A stretch of DNA of 32,000 nucleotides, taken from the NCBI RefSeq assembly GCF_000022265.1, contig NC_011979.1, positions 3,660,001-3,692,000 of the forward strand, in the 5' to 3' direction. The notes beneath the pieces are model-generated. The model made no database searches and was not told the DNA's origin. It worked only from the letters and a program-made list of their open reading frames with translations. Source of the DNA: Geotalea daltonii FRC-32 (GTDB lineage: Bacteria > Desulfobacterota > Desulfuromonadia > Geobacterales > Geobacteraceae). Made by a program: the position numbers and the translations under genes. Position 1 is the first letter of the stretch; each line of letters starts with the position of its first letter. Shown here piece by piece: positions 10,501 through 16,130 of this stretch.

Positions 10501-13500
10501 CCTGGGGAGCGTCGCCAATGATGAGATCTACGGTAACTTCAACAATGACAAAATCGATGCCCGCGACTACGATGACTACCTTAATGGACAATACGGCGAT
10601 GATGCGCTCAGTGCCGGTTCGGGTCAGGACGACGTTTTCGGTGGTGATGGCGATGATGTGCTCGCCGGGGGACGCGGTGATGACTACTTGAGCGGTGGCT
10701 TCGGCAACGATGTCTACGCCTTCAACCGCGGCGATGGTCATGACTACATCGACAATTATCCCGGCACCGCCTACGGCGAAACCGACACCATTTCATTCGG
10801 CGTCGACATCCTCCCGGCCGATATCCGTGCAACGATTGACACCAGCACCGGCAATCTGGTGCTGAGCATAGCAGGAACAGACGATAACATTACCATCCCC
10901 TGGACCGACCCCAACAACGGCTTTGCCACCTTATCGGCAAGCGCAATAGCCAGGGTACAGTTCATCGATGCCGGCGGCAGCAACCGCATTTTCGATCTGG
11001 CAGGTCTCATCGAGGCCCACAAAGATGAACTGGTGGCGGCCGCCACGACCCCGGTCAGCCTCTTTGGAGCCGACGCAGACACCTTTGAGTTGACCGGCAC
11101 CGTCGATGCTGCCGGCTGGCAGTATGCGGTGGCCTATGCCCAGACTGGCGATCTTTTTGCCGAGCCCAACTACCTTTATGGTTCCTGGGGTAACGACACC
11201 ATCACCGGGCGTGCCGGTGACGACACCTTGGAAGGGGGTTACGGCGACGACCGCCTTGCCGGCGGTTCAGGCGACGACACCTACGCCTATTACCAGTGGG
11301 ACGGTAACGATACCATCGACGACGTCTCCACCCCGGGGGATCCTAACTCCCTTTTATTCGGCTACGGCATCACCCCTGATGACATCACCTTGAGTCACGA
11401 CAAGGGACAGGGTCAATTAATACTGAACATCTTGACTACCGGTGAGACCATACGTATCAATCACTTTGTCGCTGACGACCCCTATGGCCCCCATGCGGTG
11501 GAGTACTTCAAGTTCGATGACGGGACTGTGCTGACCTGGAGCCAGATGATCGACAAGGGCTTTGACATCATCGGCAGCTCCTGGGACGACGACCTGCCGG
11601 GCACTGCCACTACCGACAGAATTTCCGGCAACGAAGGAAACGATTTTATTGCCGCTGGAAGGGGCGATGACATTCTTGCCGGCGGTAATGGTGACGACTT
11701 CTATCACTACAACCCCGGCGACGGAATCGACCGTATCAATGATCTTTCTCTTCCCGGTGAAGAGAACACCCTTGCCTTCGGTGAAGGAATCGCTCTGCCC
11801 GATATAACCCAGCGGCTGACCTATCGTGATAATACATTGATCATCCGTGTCGGCGATGGTGGCGACGAAATTCATCTCAGCAACTTCGACCCCAATCAAG
11901 CCGACAGCGGCCCAAGAGCCATTCAGACTTTTACCTTTGCCGATGGGACCAGCATTACCTATGAGGATCTGGTCAAAAACACCTTCATTCTTCAGGGAGA
12001 TACCACCAATGATGCAATCCGCGGCACCAATCTGAGTGATCGCCTCTACGGGTACGAGGGAAGCGATTGGTTGGATGCAGGCGAAGGCAACGACACTCTT
12101 ACCAGTGGGACAGGCGATGATGAACTTGAGGGGGGCACAGGAAACGATGCCTATGTTTTCAATTTGGGCGACGGTGTTGATACCATTTCGGATTCTGCAA
12201 CTCTTGAGGAAGGCAACATTATTCACTTCGGCGCCGGCATTACCGCTGCCGATCTACGGACCAGGATTGACGGAAACACCCTGGTCATCGAGTACGGAAA
12301 CGGTGGCGACGCCATAATCCTCGATAATTACGATTACAGTGGATTAAACGGTTCACATGTGGTTGAACACATCGAATTCGCCGATGGCTCCATCATAAGG
12401 CTGGCCAGCCTCGTCGATCCCGGTACTGAAGGCAATGACCTAATCTTTGGCACTCCTTTCGATGACGTCATCAATGCCAAAGGTGGCGATGATGAGGTTT
12501 ACGGCCTTGCCGGCAATGATCATCTCTCAGGTGGAACAGGCAGCGACCGCCTGGACGGAGGCGACGATGAAGACATTATCGATGGTGGAGGGGGAAATGA
12601 CACGCTTACCGGGGGCAAAGATTTCGATACCTATCTCTTCAACATCGGCGATGGTTCCGATGTGATCGTCGATGCCGCAGACAAAGGAATCGGCAACATC
12701 GCGGCCTTCGGAACAGGAATTACCCGGAACGACGTCTCATTGACCGTGGATGGTAATGATCTGCTCATCACCTACGGCGGGTCCGGCGACCAGATCAGAG
12801 TGATAAACTACAATCCTACGGGCCGGCGCAGTGATTTGCCGGTAAGTGCCCTGCAGTTTGCCGATGGTTCTACCATGTACCTGCAGGAGCTTATAAATCA
12901 GGCTCCTGCAATAGGCACCTCACTGATCGATCAAAGTGCGACGGAAGACACGGCCTTCACCTTACGACTCCCCGATGATGCCTTCATAGATCCAGAAGGA
13001 CTGCCTATGAGTTACCGGTTGAGTGGTCCGGGCAATGCCCCCCTTCCCTCTTGGATCATTTTCAATCCGGTTACCCGTACTCTGAATGGGACACCCGGCA
13101 ATGGAGACGTCGGAATCCATGAGGTCGTAGTAACCGCGTATGACGACCTTGGCACCACGAGCCGGCGCTCTTTCTTCGTAACTGTTCAGAACACCAACGA
13201 TGCCCCGGTAGTTGTAGAAGCTATCCCAGCACAGAACGTACTGGAAGACAGTCCTTTCAGTTACCGGATACCTGCAGCAGCCTTCGACGACATAGACGCC
13301 GGTGATTCTCTGACACTGTCCGCAGCCCTGTCCGACGGAGCTCCGCTGCCGGCATGGCTGCAGTTCGACGCTGCCACCGGCACATTCAGCGGCACTCCGG
13401 GGAACGATGATGTGGGGAGCCTGAGCATAAACGTCACCGCCACAGACCTGGCCGGAGCTGCTGTCGACAATGCCTTCGACCTGACTGTGGAGAACGCCAA

Positions 13501-15238
13501 CGATGCCCCGGTTGCAGTGACGCCGCTGACGCCTCAAAATGCCGTCGAAGACCTGCCGTTCTCCTACAGCATTCCCGCCGATACCTTCAACGACATGGAC
13601 AAAGGTGATTCTCTGACACTTTCCGCCACCCTGGCAGATGGTTCGGCACTGCCCGCCTGGCTGCAGTTCGATGCTGCCACCGGGACCTTCACCGGCACCC
13701 CCGACAACAGCAATGTGGGAGCATATCAACTTTCGGTAACGGCCACCGACCTGGCTGGAGCCGCCGCCTCCACCGACCTTGGCCTCACCGTGGCAAATGT
13801 CAATGACGCGCCCGTTGTCAACGGCGTCGTCACCGACCAGGTTGCCCAGAGTGGTCACCTGGTCAGCTTCGCCATCCCCACCGGGCTTTTTGCGGATGTG
13901 GACAAGGGTGACATCCTCACCATCTCCGGGACAAACGGCGACGGCTCCCCCCTCCCCGCCTGGCTGACCTATGACCAGGCAAGCGGCACCATGTCCGGCA
14001 CCCCTGACAATTCCGCCATAGGCAGTCACACAATATGTTTGACCGCCACAGACCAAGCCGGAGCACAGGTCGATACCTCCTTCACCATGGAGGTACTGAG
14101 AAACAGGCTGCCAATAGCTGTTCCGGACACCGCCGAACTGGATGAAGACGGTCCCTCTCCCTCCGTGACCGGCAACGTCCTCGCCAACGACAGCGATCCG
14201 GATCTGGGAGACGTTCTCACCGTTGCAGACCCCGGGGTCAGGGAGGGGGAATACGGCTATCTGGGTCTCTCCGGCGACGGCAGGTACGGATACATACTGG
14301 ACAACCTGTCCGAAGACGTTCAGTCACTGGGGCGCTCAGCCCAGGTAACAGAACATTTCGACTACACCGTCACCGACGGTGAAGACGCGGTTCCCTCTTC
14401 CCTGGAAATAACCATCAGGGGAAAGAACGATGCCCCTATTCTAGAGGAGCATCTGGACGACCGGCGGATCAAAAAAGGGAAAGAATTCAGCTTCTCCATC
14501 GATTCCGACAGCTTCGAGGACGCTGACGAGGGCGATGCCCTCACCTACACCGCCACCTTGGCCGACGGCACTGCCCTGCCCGATTGGCTGAAATTCGACG
14601 GCACGACCGGCATCTTCTCCGGTACAGCGCCGAAAACTGCCGGTTACCTGGACATCAAGGTAACCGCCACCGACATGGTGGAAGCCACCGGCAGTACGGA
14701 AGGAAGCCTCTCCGTTTCCGATACCTTCGAATTGAGCTTCGGCAAGAGCAGGAAGGAGTCTGACGACCGTCGCAAAGACGATCACCGTGAAGACAAGCTG
14801 GACTGGATGAAAAAGGCCGGACCCGGCCATCGCGAGGATGAGCAAGGTAGCTTCAGGCCCGGCCATGACGATGACCATGACCATGGCCATGACCGCAGGC
14901 GCAGTGAGGATCATTCTGTCTCGAATGGCAACGATTACCTTGACAGGCAGCGGCTTGATGATTTCCTGCAGGACTTTGATCAGCCCTCTCCCGGCACTGA
15001 CCGCGAGATTGCCACACGCTGGCAGGCAGTAAGCGATGCGCTGAAAGAGGAGCTCGCGGACTTCGACAACGACTTCGGTAACCATCGCAAACAATCCGGC
15101 GACTTCTCCTTCATGAACTATGACCACGGATCCGGCTTTGGCAGGGGCATTGTCGATAGCAGTCTGTTGACCGCCGGCAGCGGGACCGAGCTTAAGGACT
15201 TCAAGGGTCTTAAGGAAGGGCTGCGGAGATTGGGATAA
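3524..15238 (+). CDS. Giant (3904 aa) RTX-family Ca-binding repeat protein with an N-terminal class-3 lipase/alpha-beta hydrolase domain and C-terminal cadherin-like repeats; presumed cargo of the flanking T1SS
   Basis: A single uninterrupted ORF. G-rich SD (TAGGGGGGAT) upstream and no N-terminal signal peptide. Contains dozens of GGxGxDxUx nonapeptides. It sits between HlyB-type and HlyD-type genes on the same strand. Domain sub-features are listed separately. Confidence 0.96.
   Translation: [3904 protein letters not shown]
5180..5350 (+). repeat. RTX nonapeptide block 1
   Basis: [57 protein letters not shown]. Confidence 0.85.
5780..7140 (+). repeat. RTX nonapeptide block 2 (about 450 aa of near-continuous GGxGxDxUx repeats)
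   Basis: Runs from [34 protein letters not shown] to [11 protein letters not shown]. Most 9-aa units fit the parallel beta-roll consensus. Confidence 0.9.
6495..7142 (+). repeat. Six tandem copies of a 108-bp (36-aa, four-nonapeptide) super-repeat inside RTX block 2
   Basis: The unit anchor GA(C/T)TAT(C/T)T(G/T)GATGG recurs every 108 nt (for example GATTAT at 6506 and 6722, GACTAT at 6614). Protein units follow [36 protein letters not shown]. Confidence 0.85.
7600..7960 (+). other. Cluster of EF-hand/dockerin-like DxDxDG Ca-binding loops
   Basis: [53 protein letters not shown]. Followed at about 8100-8770 by a non-repetitive, apparently helical segment (..[37 protein letters not shown]..). 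Confidence 0.6.
8846..12900 (+). repeat. Eight divergent modules, each with a few RTX nonapeptides followed by a haemolysin-type Ca-binding-protein-related beta domain
   Basis: Recurrent pattern: GNDTYxFxxGDGxDxIxD .. FGxGIxxxDL .. GxDLxIxxxxxxDxIxIxNxF .. IExxxF(A/D)DG(T/S). The F(A/I/D)DG anchor codons start at 9242, 9671, 10403, 10961, 11513, 11936, 12377 and 12857, all in frame. Confidence 0.8.
12900..14740 (+). repeat. Cadherin-like/dystroglycan-type Ig repeats: four tandem ~300-bp copies, a VCBS-like unit (~14100-14430), then a fifth copy
   Basis: Each copy has the pattern EDxxFxxxIPxxxFxDxDxGDxLTxSAxLxDGxxLPxWLxFDxxTGTFxGTPxNxxVG..VTATD..NDAP. The LPxWL anchors lie at about 13044, 13346, 13649, 13950 and 14575. 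Copies 2 and 3 are spaced exactly 303 nt apart and share long near-identical nucleotide runs. The VCBS-like unit reads [33 protein letters not shown]. Confidence 0.8.
14740..15238 (+). other. C-terminal charged, His/Asp-rich low-complexity tail ending in a putative T1SS secretion signal
   Basis: [90 protein letters not shown]. No RTX nonapeptides occur in the last ~800 aa. The signal assignment rests on position only. Confidence 0.4.
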
Positions 15239-15261
15239 TAAAACCTGTCAAGCGAGGAGGG

Positions 15262-15345
15262 ATGTTGGTGCAAAGCCATATCCCTTCTCGTTCGCCATGG
15301 TTTCTGCTCTTGAGAAGCCACAAAAAGATCGGATCATGTAATTGA
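15262..15345 (+). CDS. Cryptic 27-codon ORF (MLVQSHIPSRSPWFLLLRSHKKIGSCN) immediately upstream of the radical SAM gene; speculative
   Basis: Strong SD GAGGAGGG at 15254-15261, followed by clustered ATG(15262)/TTG/GTG(15268) starts. Its TGA stop (15343-15345) overlaps the TTG start (15342-15344) of the radical SAM gene, which has no SD of its own. Caveats: the SD/start region can also fold into a hairpin (15259-15268 with 15276-15284), and a 27-codon open frame arises easily by chance. Confidence 0.3.
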   Translation: MLVQSHIPSRSPWFLLLRSHKKIGSCN

Positions 15346-16130
15346 AAACTGCCACAAGTAGTCATACCAGCTTCATTCAGATAGAGATCACCACGATCTG
15401 CAACTTCGACTGTTTCTACTGCGCAGGGAGAAATATGCCCCAGCGACACATGGGCCTGGATCTCTTCAACACAATACTGGCATCACTACCACTAGAACCT
15501 TGCACAATCTCGCTTCAGGGAGAGGGAGAACCGACTCTTCATCCCCATTTCATTTCAATGGCAAAGCAGGTGATCGAAGCGGGCCATATTCCCTATACCA
15601 TTACCAACTGCAGCTGTCTTGATGCCAGTGTCATCGCCGAAGTTTTCCCCCAGATCGGCGTATCGCTGGACACGCTGGACCCGGGTGAAGCGCAGCGCCT
15701 TGGACGGCATGACCTGCGGCAGGTGGTGGAAAACCTGGACCGGCTTCTCCAAAGGATGGGGCCTGACCGAGTCATCCTGCATACGGTAAATTACGGACAG
15801 CAAATGGAACGATTTACCAAGCTCGTTGAGAGCAGAGGGTTTTCCCGTCATATCGTTCAACCCCTGCAAATGAAGGACGATTATCGGAAGCGGTACTGCA
15901 ACGTACCTGTGGGGCCGCAGGGATGGAAATCTGCCCATTACTTAGGCTGCCGCTATCTGCAGCAGCCGCTCATGCGTTACTTCGATGTGAACGGCCGGGA
16001 GATGCCCTGCTGTTATATCAAGGATGCATCCAAATTTGTGTCGACGGATCATGCGCGCAGCGTAATGGGCCAGGGCAGAGTGCCCGACTGCTGCGCAGGC
16101 TGCCGTGAAATTACCATGGGGCGATCATGA
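15342..16130 (+). CDS. Radical SAM enzyme with a C-terminal half-SPASM/Twitch-like Cys motif (262 aa)
   Basis: FIQIEITTICNFDCFYCAGR carries CxxxCxxC. The C-terminus has C-X14-G-X4-C (CRYLQQPLMRYFDVNGREMPC) and then CC-X2-C (DCCAGC). The only in-frame start upstream of the cluster motif is TTG at 15342, directly after a TAA. Its stop overlaps the next gene (ATGA 16127-16130). Confidence 0.85.
   Translation: MKTATSSHTSFIQIEITTICNFDCFYCAGRNMPQRHMGLDLFNTILASLPLEPCTISLQGEGEPTLHPHFISMAKQVIEAGHIPYTITNCSCLDASVIAEVFPQIGVSLDTLDPGEAQRLGRHDLRQVVENLDRLLQRMGPDRVILHTVNYGQQMERFTKLVESRGFSRHIVQPLQMKDDYRKRYCNVPVGPQGWKSAHYLGCRYLQQPLMRYFDVNGREMPCCYIKDASKFVSTDHARSVMGQGRVPDCCAGCREITMGRS

Noticed and set aside
3695-15127. 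Long antisense or alternate-frame ORFs inside the giant gene (for example 3695..4501-, 4979..5935-, 10277..10741-, 11417..12226-, 12962..14056-, 14441..15127-, and many 60-110 aa + strand ORFs)
   Set aside because: All are nested in the 3904-aa reading frame, which has clear domain content. Their translations are low-complexity mirror images of GGxGxD/Asp-rich codons. This is the shadow-ORF pattern expected in GC-rich repetitive DNA.
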